NCBI GenBank assembly: GCA_951406725.2
Contig: OX597830.1
Coordinates: forward strand, 37,324,001 to 37,388,000
Direction of reading: 5' to 3'
DNA length: 64,000 bases
Source: Octopus vulgaris
Lineage: Eukaryota
Position 1 is the first letter of the stretch; the number at the start of each line of letters is the position of its first letter. The notes below the pieces were generated by a model that worked only from the letters and a program-made list of their open reading frames with translations, did not search any database and was not told the DNA's origin. Positions 1 to 11,338 of this stretch are shown here, in pieces. The translations under genes were made by a program, and so were the position numbers.

Positions 1-59
1 GTCTCAATGCCAGCAATTTGGAGGGAGGTGTTCTAGTGAATTACATCTTAGCATTTTAA

Positions 60-1030
60 AAGATAGTTATAATTACTCTGGTGTCTGATAATAAGATGGC
101 TGTGTTATCTTAGAGTATGTCTTCTGATATTGTTTTGGTAACTAATCTCGGTTTTAGCCGCTTGAAAATGTTTTTAAGAAGTGAATTTTCTTGGTATTAG
201 ATTGAAGCCCTGTTATTTCAAATTGTTATTATAATATCTAGTGTGTCAAGACTCTTCATTGAGTTGCTGGTATTACTTTGAAGAATATTTTAATATTTTG
301 TATATACTTTGTTAGATAAAATGTTTGCTAACTTACAGCTGCTGTTTTTTCCTTTATTTTCTTTTATCCACGTTTATATTTGATGAATACGTAGCTTATC
401 TCCTTGACGTGTGTTGTGTTCGGATTTTTCCTATTTCTTGTTCTGGTTGTTGTTTTGAAAGAATCTAAATCTATTTTGCTGATTTTTTTTCTCTTCGGTG
501 TGTCGTGTTCGATTAAAATTTCATTGAAGTTTCTTGACATTTGGGAAAGGATTTTTCTTTTTGTCACTGACGTGGTTCTGTTGGAATGATGAAGGACAGT
601 TAGTTGGTGTAGATTTGTTGTATGATTTTTCTCTATATGTAGTAGTTGTGCAGAACTGTATATTAGATCTAGGTAGTAGTTTTTGCTGTTTGCTTGATAA
701 AAGAGTTAAATCGTTTTTAATGTAAATGATGCTATTTCGTCACCGCTACTCTTTCTATCAATTTTTGTGACGCTGTGCTGTAAATATAGTTGTCTATGTG
801 AGGTATAGATATGTCTAATGTTACTGGATATATGTTAACTTAACAGGGTGCATTTGATAAGTTAGCATTATTTCTTCTGTTCTGACATTGTAAATTCCAT
901 ATATGATGGCGAAGTTATCTTATAAATGTACCTGCATTTTAGGCAATTTTACCTGCGTATCATTATATTGTTATATTATTGATTTTGGCTTTGTAGTGCA
1001 CATTTGATTGGTTCGTTGATGTAGGCTATT
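60..1030 (-). mobile_element. Decayed retroelement coding remnant, possibly the N-terminal region of a Penelope-like element
   Basis: Minus strand has K/N/R-rich broken frames (ORF 364-567). At ~195-265 a frameshifted NSMKSLDTLDII..L..GFNLIP resembles the NLS..L....L.KGLNF.P motif preceding PLE RT. Many stops; recalled motif only. Confidence 0.3.
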
Positions 1031-2363
1031 TTCCAATGGCAACTTCTGTAAGTCAAACACGCAGAGAGGAAAAAAATATAGGCGTATGCTAATACACACT
1101 CCTAGAATAACGTCTGCACACGCACCCCCCACAATTAAAATGCCGCTGGGCGTCTTATTTTATAATATACCATGAATTTATTCGGAATCTGAAACAGGTG
1201 CTTCCATACCAATTTAATATGATATTTGTCAGTAAACATATAACTAATTAACTTTTTATAGTATTTGTAATTTCCATAACCTATAAACTATACCGAAGAA
1301 TGTCAGAATGGCATTTTACATGCGAAATATATTGAAATATTAATAACAACCAATGTGGTATCAAGACTAAATACTGATGCAAAATTCAGGTTATCTTGTA
1401 TTACAGAGAAATGTTTCTCAAATAATTTGCGAAATCAAACCAAATGAACACATTTTTCGCTATATGAATTCAAAAAGGCGAGTTATTTAATATTTAATGA
1501 TTTTAGCATTTCATTCGAGGATTTTCAAATACATACAAATAAGGATGCATGCACAAGTATATCTGTTACAAGAATATGAATTCCACTGAGCTTCACAGCA
1601 GACAGTTGATCAATTGTAGTAATACATAAAAGGTTTTTCAGAGATTCTTTTAACACTAACAAATATTAAACAGATATTGAGAAATATTTTCGCTTGAGTA
1701 ATTTCACATATATACACTTAAAATCACAATGTTCAAAGTACCTGTTTCAAGTATTTTCATTTCAGAGATGTTCCAATATAACAAATAAAATATTTTTCGC
1801 AGATTTCTTTAACAGTTACATATATTAAATACATGCTGAAGTAGGATTTCGTATTTCGTGTGAGTAATTTCAAATGCATAAATCTAAGAGAGTATGATCA
1901 AAGTACTTATTTCCACCTTGGTAATTCCGATAGAAATTCTTCGAGATCTGGAATTAGAATGAACAAAATATTTTTCAATGATTTCTTTCACACTTAGATA
2001 TTAAATACATAGTGCCGTACAATTCCTCATAAAATAGAAATCCATTAACATTTGAATGGAAAAACTCCTGCAATTATAAGCGAGTGAAATAAATATGCTG
2101 ATGACATATTAACGTCTAAATATATGAATGAGCTGTTTTAAGAATAACCTTTTAACAATTTGAATCCGCTGGATCTTATATTTAACGTGAATATTTAATA
2201 TATATATATATATATATATAGATAGATAGATTCGAGTGAATATTTCATATCTATCTATACATCTATCCATCTAGCTATATGCATATATATATGTATATAT
2301 ATATATATAGTTACGAGTAAATATTTAATATCTACCTATCTATCTATCCATCTATCTATATGC

Positions 2364-2416
<53 letters not shown>

Positions 2417-4183
2417 CGTGCTCTAAATATGTTTCATACCGTAATCGTAGTCACACATTTGTTCTTGTGTTTTTGACTCCTCTACTAGATACGAAATAGA
2501 GATGGTTTGTTACATCATACAATGGAAGCGCCGCGTAAATTGTATACATACTCTGTCTTTGTAATTACGGTTACAATTATATCATAATTAATGAATTATA
2601 ATTTCACAAATATCCATATTGTACTTTAGAAAAGTCATCGCCATTTCAAGTTATGGATTATTTATATTGCGGTTATTTGCAAACAAAAATCTTTATTTAA
2701 AATTTTACCCAGTTGCATCTAGGTTTAACGAAGAGAAATTCCCTATTCTACAAAATGTAAATATTATAGACATTTAGATATTATAAACTTACCACATATT
2801 TATTGATATGATTTTATTGATACGTCATGTAGACCAGGTGTGGGTTCATTATGTATAGATTAAAGGTCGAATTATTAAAAATCACACGGTCGCACTAATG
2901 ATGTTAATTGCTATTAAGCATGTATCAAAATCAGATATCAGGTTCATCAGTACATCTCTGACGATCTCCGACCCACTTTGTTTAGGTGTTATTATTTAAG
3001 TCAGCTAAAATTTTAACCGTACAGACCTATGAGGAAAAGAAATTCAAGCTGTAACTGTTCTGTAGCGCAATAAATTAAATGCGATTATCCTGTAGTGCAA
3101 TAACTAGTGTGCTCTTTCTCTATTCGCTATTAAGATTACAGAGCATGAGACCCTGTGAAAACTTTCTCGTTAGTATAACCAAGAGGTTTTCCTATTTGGC
3201 CAGAAACAAATAAAATAGCACGAAAATTATTTTCTGAAAAAATGGACTTTCTCAATAAAGCTACATAAGAATGTCCTAGTCGAGTTTCCTTCGTTGGTTA
3301 CATATTCACACGGTTTCATATACTCTGAAGAGATTGCAGTCCAGCCAGACGGTGATTTAGCAATATGTGTCATAAGGATATTTCTGTGTTAAACAATACG
3401 AGAAGAAACGTTACGGCTTATTTGTAAGATATTTACTTAAGCCGTCCCATTCTCTTAATTTGGAAGTGTATTTCACACACATGCACAACAGTATCTATTG
3501 GAAAACGCTTCATTGTAACATTAAAACTTCATATAAATGCACAAAGGAACTGTAGCCTAGATTAGAAACCAATATTCCCCTAATATAAACTGTATACTGA
3601 TACATATTAACATTTCAAGAATATCCGGAAAATTGAGCTACTCCATATTATAACGTTATCTATATTGTAGCAACAGAAAGGTGACATATATATATCGCAT
3701 TTAATTTTAATCTGAAAGGAAAGAAACAATATCGCATGAACATCAAGAAAAGGTCACCTCTAGTAACGCTTGCCGAATACAGAAGGATATCAGATACTAA
3801 CTTACTCTTAACTGCAATCCTATAACTGGTGGTTAGTACAGGTTAATGAAATTTTAGTATCTATCAATTATACACTTCTTTGTTGCTTACAGTAATTTAA
3901 ATGAAGGATCTCATTATAGCGATCTTCACTTTAGAACGTAATAGGTTGCATCTATGCCAAAGGTTGCTAACTGATATCCTTGTATTGCGGACCGCCATGC
4001 ATATGACAGCGGGCTAAATATGAGACTATGCTTTGTATATATACCCGCATAATGTAAAACACACACATACATACACACTCACAGATTTATGCATACATAT
4101 ATTTGAATTTCTACATTTATACCTTATATAAACCTTTAATTTACGTATAAACATACGTATAAATATATGCATATACATTTATG

Positions 4184-4184
4184 C

Positions 4185-4251
<67 letters not shown>

Positions 4252-4295
4252 GAGAGAGAGAGAGACAGATTGATAGATAGATAGATAGATAGATA
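4184..4295. repeat. Compound (TA)n-(GA)n-(GATA)n microsatellite
   Basis: Directly visible. Confidence 0.95.
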
Positions 4296-4487
4296 TATTA
4301 AAATATATAAAAGGAGCAAAGAGATACTTAAGATTCAGTATACACCACGTGGCAGAATTATGAGTTGAAAATATGTGGAAAACATATATAAGAGGTGGAA
4401 GAGAAATGCCTTCATTTCACATAGTTTAATATCTTTTTATAAAGAAATTAAAAAAATATATATATACATATTTAATGGATGTAGCGA

Positions 4488-4529
4488 TCTCCGACCGGTT
4501 TTCGCTATTTGAATTAGTTTTTCAAGAGA
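4488..4529 (-). ncRNA. Decayed type I hammerhead-like motif
   Basis: Minus: TCTC-TTGAAAA-(A)CTA..TAG(C)-GAAA-ACCGGT-C-GGAGA. Palindromic stem III and a GUC triplet are present, but the core is mutated from CUGANGA. Confidence 0.4.
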
Positions 4530-4734
4530 CATTGTGAAGTAATCAATTCTTGTGACAAAAGGGTATCGCCATTTTCGATGCTTGAAAAATAGGAATGAGT
4601 CTAGAGAGTGGACAAAGGGAGGTAACAGGTGGCAAGGGGGAGAACTAACTCCTCAGTATAATTTCTGGAGTGGTCAAGTTTGCATATTAAGATGCGGTCT
4701 GTACTTTTATATGAAGAGGTTGCTGGTGTGTTAA

Positions 4735-4885
4735 TGCCCCCCTTACCATAGCGGTTCGAAAAAAGAGACCGATAGAATAAGTACCAGGCTTACAAGAATG
4801 CGTCTTGGGGTCGATTTGTTCGCCTAAAAGGCGATGTTCCCGCATGGCCACAGTCAAATGACTGAAACAAATAATAAAGTTAAAA
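4735..4885 (+). mobile_element. 3' part of tRNA-derived SINE family A
   Basis: GCGGTTCG..GAGACCGATAGAATAAGTAC..CATGGCCACAGTCAAATGACTGAAACAA matches the 3' half of the copy at 30275-30678. Confidence 0.8.
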
Positions 4886-5594
4886 GAATATATATAAATA
4901 CTATATAAATATGCATACATACTAACAAGTTATGTGTATATATATATACATATATACATGTATGTATGTATGTATATATATATATATGCGCACACACACG
5001 CACCTATGCATGTACCACACTAACCTACGCATATCTTTTCATCTCAGTTTGCTCTAGGATGCATCATCCGTGATGTTTCCGGACGCTTACATATGTCATG
5101 TCTCTCAGCATTTGTTATGTCGCCCCATTGACCCAGGCACGATTAATCAACAACCTACTTGTCTGCCCTTTGTATCCAAAGTCTTGTGTTATTCTCAAAG
5201 AGGCTAGTATTATTCTGTTGCAACTCTGACGATGGACGTATGCAGTTCTTATGAACAAATACATGTATATATATATTAATAAACGTGCATGTATATATTT
5301 CTTTACACGTACTCTTTCACGGGTACCCTTTCAGTCACACATATGTATGTGTAAAACAAAACACACTCAGTAGTAAACAGTAAAATAAATAGTAAAATGA
5401 AAGTATGTACATACATATTTTTACACACGTAGTCTATAACATGAATGCCTTAACGAAGACTGTTACCGTAACAGGAGTTTCCACATTTAGATTTACTGCT
5501 GTTTCCTAAATTTAATTGTGCACAACTCATTCTGTCTTCTGTCTCTGTTTCCTTTTGTCTGCACATAGAGAAGGTGCTGCACATAGATAGGCTG

Positions 5595-5830
5595 TTGCAT
5601 TCAGTGACCGTGGGTTCAAATTCCAGACGGGGTTGTGTGTTGTGATCTTGAGCAAAACACTTCATCTCATATTGGCCTGCCAACACCTGACACGTGATAC
5701 ACAGCTCATGCATGATGCACAGTGCACCTGTTCAGACAATGTCGATTTGATGCGGCACGATCGCTATAAACAAACCATTTTGTGCAGGTCGTTCGGCAAC
5801 GCTGAACCCCCATACGCCGAATTCGACGGG
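5595..5830 (+). mobile_element. Decayed tRNA-derived SINE related to family D
   Basis: B-box-like GGTTCAAATTCC, then GTTGTGATCTTGAGCAAAACACTT, shared with 53262-53600. Confidence 0.55.
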
Positions 5831-5845
5831 ATACTTCACCACCAC

Positions 5846-5853
<8 letters not shown>

Positions 5854-5938
<85 letters not shown>
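5854..5938. repeat. (TA)n microsatellite flanking the tandem array
   Basis: Directly visible; another (TA)n at ~9535-9558 closes the other side. Confidence 0.95.
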
Positions 5939-5943
<5 letters not shown>

Positions 5944-6188
5944 TTATAAATGAGGGTGAAAAATCGATATTAATTTAATAATACCGTCAATTTAACACCA
6001 AGTGGCTTAGCACAAAAAACTACGGAGAAAATACAAATTTATACATAAATTATTAGAGAGTTATCCACTATGTGGATAACTCTAGTGCTAAAAATAGCTC
6101 CGAAGCAACCACAGAAAAAACCGTTTCCAACTAGAATCAACACACATTCAACTGAAGGAAAGTGAAATACAACGAATAAAATAGATTG

Positions 6189-6264
6189 ACTCTATACAAT
6201 TGTTTCATTACTAATGCAATATGTAGTTTTACTTACATTTGCATCCATAAATCTTCGGTAGAGT
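6189..6264 (-). ncRNA. Type I hammerhead motif, array unit 1 (core CCGAAGA)
   Basis: Minus: ACUCUA-CCGAAGA-[long stem II GAUGCAAAUGUA/UACAUAUUGCAUU]-GAA-ACAAUUGU-A-UAGAGU. Stem I is a perfect 6 bp; GUA cleavage predicted between 6195 and 6194. Confidence 0.8.
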
Positions 6265-6682
6265 TTGTCAGAAATGCAATTAATTAGATCGATTCGAGCG
6301 TCAAAAACACGAGCGGTCCAACCAATTACATTTTTAGTTATGTCTCAAATTCCGCGCCAAAAGCATGCCTAGACTCCATTGAAAACGTATGCCGCATCAA
6401 ATAAAATATTGACTGCCGCGTAGTTAAATTTATAAAATTATAAATGAGGGTGAAAAATCGATATTAATTTAATAATACCATTAATTTAACACCAAGTGGC
6501 TTAGCACAAAAAACTACGGAGAAAATACAAATTTATACATAAATTATTAGAGAGTTATCCACTATGTGGATAACTCTAGTGCTAAAAATAGCTCCGAAGC
6601 AACCACAGAAAAACCGTTTCCAACTAGAATCAACACACATTTCAACTGGAGGAAAGTGAAATACAACGAATAAAATAGATTG

Positions 6683-6758
6683 ACTCTATACAATTGTTTC
6701 ATTACTAATGTAATATGTAGTTTTACTTACATTCACATCTATAAATCTTCGGTAGAGT
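6683..6758 (-). ncRNA. Type I hammerhead motif, array unit 2
   Basis: Same core and stems I/III as unit 1; stem II reads AUGUGA/UUACAU. Confidence 0.8.
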
Positions 6759-7175
6759 TTGTCAGAAATGCAATTAATTAGATCGATTCGGGCGTCAAAG
6801 ACACGAGCGGTCCAACCAATTACATTTTTAGTTATGTCTCAAATTCCGCGCCAAAGGCATGCCTAGACTCCATTGAAAACGTATGCCGCATCAAATAAAA
6901 TATTGACTGCCGCGTAGTTAAATTTATAAAATTATAAATGAGGGTGAAAAATCGATATTAATTTAATAATACCATTAATTTAACACCAAGTGGCTTAGCA
7001 CAAAAAACTACGGAGAAAATACAAATTTATACATAAATTATTAGAGAGTTATCCACTATGTGGATAACTCTAGTGCTAAAAATAGCTCCGAAGCAACCAC
7101 AGAAGAACAGTTTCCAACTAGAATCAACATACATTCAACGGAAGGAAAGTGAAATACAACGAATAAAATAGATTG

Positions 7176-7251
7176 ACTCTATACAATTGTTTCATTACTA
7201 ATGTAATATGTAGTTTTACTTACATTCACATCCATAAATCTTCGGTAGAGT
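7176..7251 (-). ncRNA. Type I hammerhead motif, array unit 3
   Basis: Plus strand ACTCTA-T-ACAATTGT-TTC...TCTTCGG-TAGAGT. Confidence 0.8.
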
Positions 7252-7668
7252 TTGTCAGAAATGCAATTAATTAGATCGATTCGAGCGTCAAAAACACGAG
7301 CGGTCCAACCAATTACATTTTTAGTTATGTCTCAAATTCCGCGCCAAAAGCATGCCTAGACTCCATTGAAAACGTATGCCGCATCAAATAAAATATTGAC
7401 TGCCGCGTAGTTAAATTTATAAAATTATAAATGAGGGTGAAAAATCGATATTAATTTAATAATACCATTAATTTAACACCAAGTGGCTTAGCACAAAAAA
7501 CTACGGAGAAAATACAAATTTATACATAAATTATTAGAGAGTTATCCACTATGTGGATAACTCTAGTGCTAAAAATAGCTCCGAAGCAACCACAGAAGAA
7601 CAGTTTCCAACTAGAATCAACATACATTTAACTGGAGGAAAGTGAAATACAACGAATAAAATAGATTG

Positions 7669-7744
7669 ACTCTATACAATTGTTTCATTACTAATGTAAT
7701 ATGTAGTTTTACTTACATTCACATCTATAAATCTTCGGTAGAGT
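7669..7744 (-). ncRNA. Type I hammerhead motif, array unit 4
   Basis: Same motif as units 2-3. Confidence 0.8.
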
Positions 7745-8161
7745 TTGTCAGAAATGCAATTAATTAGATCGATTCGAGCGTCAAAAACACGAGCGGTCCA
7801 ACCAATTACATTTTTAGTTATGTCTCAAATTCCGCGCCAAAAGCATGCCTAGACTCCATTGAAAACGTATGCCGCATCAAATAAAATATTGACTGCCGCG
7901 TAGTTAAATTTATAAAATTATAAATGAGGGTGAAAAATCGATATTAATTTAATAATACCATTAATTTAACACCAAGTGGCTTAGCACAAAAAACTACGGA
8001 GAAAATACAAATTTATACATAAATTATTAGAGAGTTATCCACTATGTGGATAACTCTAGTGCTAAAAATAGCTCCGAAGCAACCACAGAAGAACAGTTTC
8101 CAACTAGAATCAACATACATTTAACGGGAGGAAAGTGAAATACAACGAATAAAATAGATTG

Positions 8162-8237
8162 ACTCTATACAATTGTTTCATTACTAATGTAATATGTAGT
8201 TTTACTTACATTCACATCTATAAATCTTCGGTAGAGT
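8162..8237 (-). ncRNA. Type I hammerhead motif, array unit 5
   Basis: Same motif as units 2-3. Confidence 0.8.
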
Positions 8238-8654
8238 TTGTCAGAAATGCAATTAATTAGATCGATTCGAGCGTCAAAAACACGAGCGGTCCAACCAATT
8301 ACATTTTTAGTTATGTCTCAAATTCCGCGCCAAAAGCATGCCTAGACTCCATTGAAAACGTATGCCGCATCAAATAAAATATTGACTGCCGCGTAGTTAA
8401 ATTTATAAAATTATAAATGAGGGTGAAAAATCGATATTAATTTAATAATACCATTAATTTAACACCAAGTGGCTTAGCACAAAAAACTACGGAGAAAATA
8501 CAAATTTATACATAAATTATTAGAGAGTTATCCACTATGTGGATAACTCTAGTGCTAAAAATAGCTCCGAAGCAACCACAGAAGAACAGTTTCCAACTAG
8601 AATCAACATACATTTAACGGGAGGAAAGTGAAATACAACGAATAAAATAGATTG

Positions 8655-8731
8655 ACTCTATACAATTGTTTCATTACTAATGTAATATGTAGTTTTACTT
8701 ACATTTCACATCTATAAATCTTCGGTAGAGT
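8655..8731 (-). ncRNA. Type I hammerhead motif, array unit 6
   Basis: Same motif, with a 1-nt insertion in stem II (ACATTTCACA). Confidence 0.8.
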
Positions 8732-9148
8732 TTGTCAGAAATGCAATTAATTAGATCGATTCGAGCGTCAAAAACACGAGCGGTCCAACCAATTACATTT
8801 TTAGTTATGTCTCAAATTCCGCGCCAAAAGCATGCCTAGACTCCATTGAAAACGTATGCCGCATCAAATAAAATATTGACTGCCGCGTAGTTAAATTTAT
8901 AAAATTATAAATGAGGGTGAAAAATCGATATTAATTTAATAATACCATTAATTTAACACCAAGTGGCTTAGCACAAAAAACTACGGAGAAAATACAAATT
9001 TATACATAAATTATTAGAGAGTTATCCACTATGTGGATAACTCTAGTGCTAAAAATAGCTCCGAAGCAACCACAGAAGATCAGTTTCCAACTAGAATCAA
9101 CATACATTTAACGGGAGGAAAGTGAAATACAACGAATAAAATAGATTG

Positions 9149-9224
9149 ACTCTATACAATTGTTTCATTACTAATGTAATATGTAGTTTTACTTACACTC
9201 ACATCTATAAATCTTCGGTAGAGT
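9149..9224 (-). ncRNA. Type I hammerhead motif, array unit 7
   Basis: Same motif, with one stem II substitution (ACACTCACA). Confidence 0.8.
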
Positions 9225-9440
9225 TTGTCAGAAATGCAATTAATTAGATCGATTCGAGCGTCAAAAACACGAGCGGTCCAACCAATTACATTTTTAGTTA
9301 TGTCTCAAATTCCGCGCCAAAAGCATGCCTAGACTCCATTGAAAACGTATGCCGCATCAAATAAAATATTGACTGCCGCGTAGTTAAATTTATAAAATTA
9401 TAAATGAGGGTGAAAAATCGATATTAATTTAATAATACCG

Positions 9441-9538
9441 TTTCTAGTTGGAAACGGTTTTTTTTTTCTGTGGTTGCTTCGGAGCTATTTTTAGCACTAG
9501 AGTTATCCACATAGTGGATAACTCTCTAATAATTTATA
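9441..9538 (+). repeat. Inverted partial copy of the array unit
   Basis: TTCTAGTTGGAAACGG...GAGTTATCCACATAGTGGATAACTCTCTAATAATTTAT is the reverse complement of ~6045-6136. Inverted 5' pLTR pieces are typical of Penelope-like insertions. Confidence 0.9.
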
Positions 9539-10000
9539 TATATATATATATATATATATTTGTAAAAAATGAAGTTCGAAAATGCTGCTGTATTATACAA
9601 TTTTTAATTTTTATATATACATTATAACATGTTTCAGTTCCTGAAATGAACCTTATCAAAAAAAGTTATATATAAAAAAGAGACAGCTCATGCTGTCAAA
9701 CACAAGAAATTCATTTATAATACACAACGGAGTCAGACATCTTAGAGTTCATGTATAGTTGATATATAGTTCATGTATAGTTGATATATAGTTTGAAGTA
9801 TATTTCAAAGTGTTCGATGCAGTGGCCCACGGTGGCGATACGTATTCAATACAAAAAACAGATCAAAGTGGTGGAAAGCGGTCAATACAGAAGATTGATG
9901 TTTCCGAAAGAGCGAGGAATTCATTTTTACCTTAAGCAATTGTGATGACCCATGGTGGAAGTTCGCTGGGTGGTTCTAGTGATTTTTTGTGACATGCTTG

Positions 10001-10020
<20 letters not shown>

Positions 10021-10042
<22 letters not shown>

Positions 10043-10310
10043 GGAGTAAGCATATAAATGTGAAACAAGGAAAAAAAAAAAGTTCTCAAATAGCAGAGGT
10101 AGAGTAATATGCTTTATTTAAAAGCAGCAGAAATATAACAAAAGCTGTTACTCACAGATTTACGTTCCCGTTCGTCGGACAGTTTTGCTAAAATAGAACA
10201 GAAATAACAATATGTTCAAAACTAGTTAAAGGATACACCTTTAAGAATGGATTTGTTTCAGTGGTCCTTTCAAATAACGGTCTTAAGCGTGCGATAAACA
10301 AAATAAACAA
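10021..10310 (-). mobile_element. Penelope-like pLTR fragment with decayed hammerhead (10140-10186)
   Basis: Minus: AAAACUGU-CCGACGA-ACG-GGAA-CGU-(AAAUC, damaged GAAAC)..GAGUA-ACAGCUUUU. Upstream FIARLRPL resembles the PLE C-terminal FI..LKP.LN motif. Abuts (TA)n. Confidence 0.55.
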
Positions 10311-10802
10311 AATAAATGCATTTAATATAAATTATAAATTATGCAAATCGATGAAAAACCTTAAATCGAAGAGCGGATTCAAAATACATATTGTCATTAA
10401 TTATATATGAAATATAATTTGATTAATACAATCAAAACTTTAAGAATTAAAATATTTCACAACAGTATATACGGATACTAAACCATCAATATACATATAT
10501 ACATCAAAATACACAGATAGATGTACACAGACCACATGCATATGTAGACCTATATATGCAAGACGTAAATATACACACAAATACACATATACATATGTAT
10601 ACGCAATCTTGTCCGCATGCAAAAATCACTTGGTGTATACATATAGGCAAGAAGTAAAACGCAGAGAGGAGGAGGAAAAAGAAAAAGAAAAGGTAACGAT
10701 CTTATAAGCAAAATATGGCTAAAAAAGTGTGTAAGAGAAGGGTTGGGGCGTAATGGTACACGACTCTATACAAGTAACGGATAGGGGGAGAAAAAATAAC
10801 GA

Positions 10803-10833
<31 letters not shown>

Positions 10834-10907
10834 GAGTCTGAATATGCGTAACGAACGTTTACAGAATAAAATTACGTATACCTGTGTGTGTATATATATA
10901 TATATAT

Positions 10908-11068
10908 AGGAAGAGTTTACGAAAAAAACAAAAGACGAAGACAGGTGGTGTACAAAACAAACAGATGTATTAGTATAACGCTCAGGAATAGAAAAAGCCT
11001 TTTACATTTCGAGCCTACGCGCTCCTACAGAAAGGGACACAGAAACAACGAGGAGAGAAAAAAAGTAG

Positions 11069-11070
<2 letters not shown>
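10908..11070 (-). mobile_element. Short pLTR-like insert between two (TA)n tracts, with a hammerhead-like remnant (10998-11035)
   Basis: Minus: CCUUU-CUGUAG-GAGC..GCUC-GAAAUGUA-AAGG. Stems I and II pair, but the core is aberrant. Confidence 0.4.
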
Positions 11071-11116
<46 letters not shown>

Positions 11117-11169
11117 CTACATTGTTTTTGTAAGAAATTACTTTATGTAACTACTTCGGAATAAATTGA

Positions 11170-11338
11170 TCCCAGTAAATATTTTTGTTGTAGAGACTCA
11201 TATGTTTCTGTCGGACTGCTTTGCTACGCTAGGCTATAGCAAGGTGTCAGTAGAAAACACATGCTGCGCAGCGGGATTGAACCCGAAAACACGTGGTTGC
11301 AATGTGAGCTTTTGGACCACACATCCGTGCCTGCGCCT
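11170..11338 (-). mobile_element. Decayed SINE family A (5' part)
   Basis: GGGATTGAACCCG..ACCACACATCCGTGCCTGCGCC is the reverse complement of the tRNA-like head. Confidence 0.7.

Larger units (their letters stand above)
5940..9440 (-). repeat. Tandem array of 7 full plus 1 partial 493-494 bp units, each full unit with a hammerhead motif (retrozyme-like / tandem Penelope pLTR)
   Basis: TGAGGGTGAAAAATCG recurs at 5951, 6445, 6939, 7432, 7925, 8418, 8912 and 9405. Units are near-identical, with no ORF in the track inside the units. Confidence 0.95.

Noticed and set aside
3323-3450. Hammerhead at CTGAAGA-GATTGC..GCAAT
   Set aside because: The GAAA and stem III segment is missing; at most a fossil.
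6061-6079. DnaA boxes (TTATCCAC / TGTGGATAA) in each unit
   Set aside because: They are the arms of a hairpin in animal repeat DNA, with no bacterial origin context.
6289-6360. Pol III promoter in the array unit (minus GCTCGAATC as a B box)
   Set aside because: The B box is mismatched and there is no convincing A box.
5940-9440. CRISPR array
   Set aside because: Whole 493-bp units repeat with no unique spacers, there are no cas genes, and the context is eukaryotic.
9622-9660. Minus-strand hammerhead remnant (TTGATAA-GGTTC..GAACT-GAAACATGT)
   Set aside because: The core is doubly mutated and stem I does not pair.
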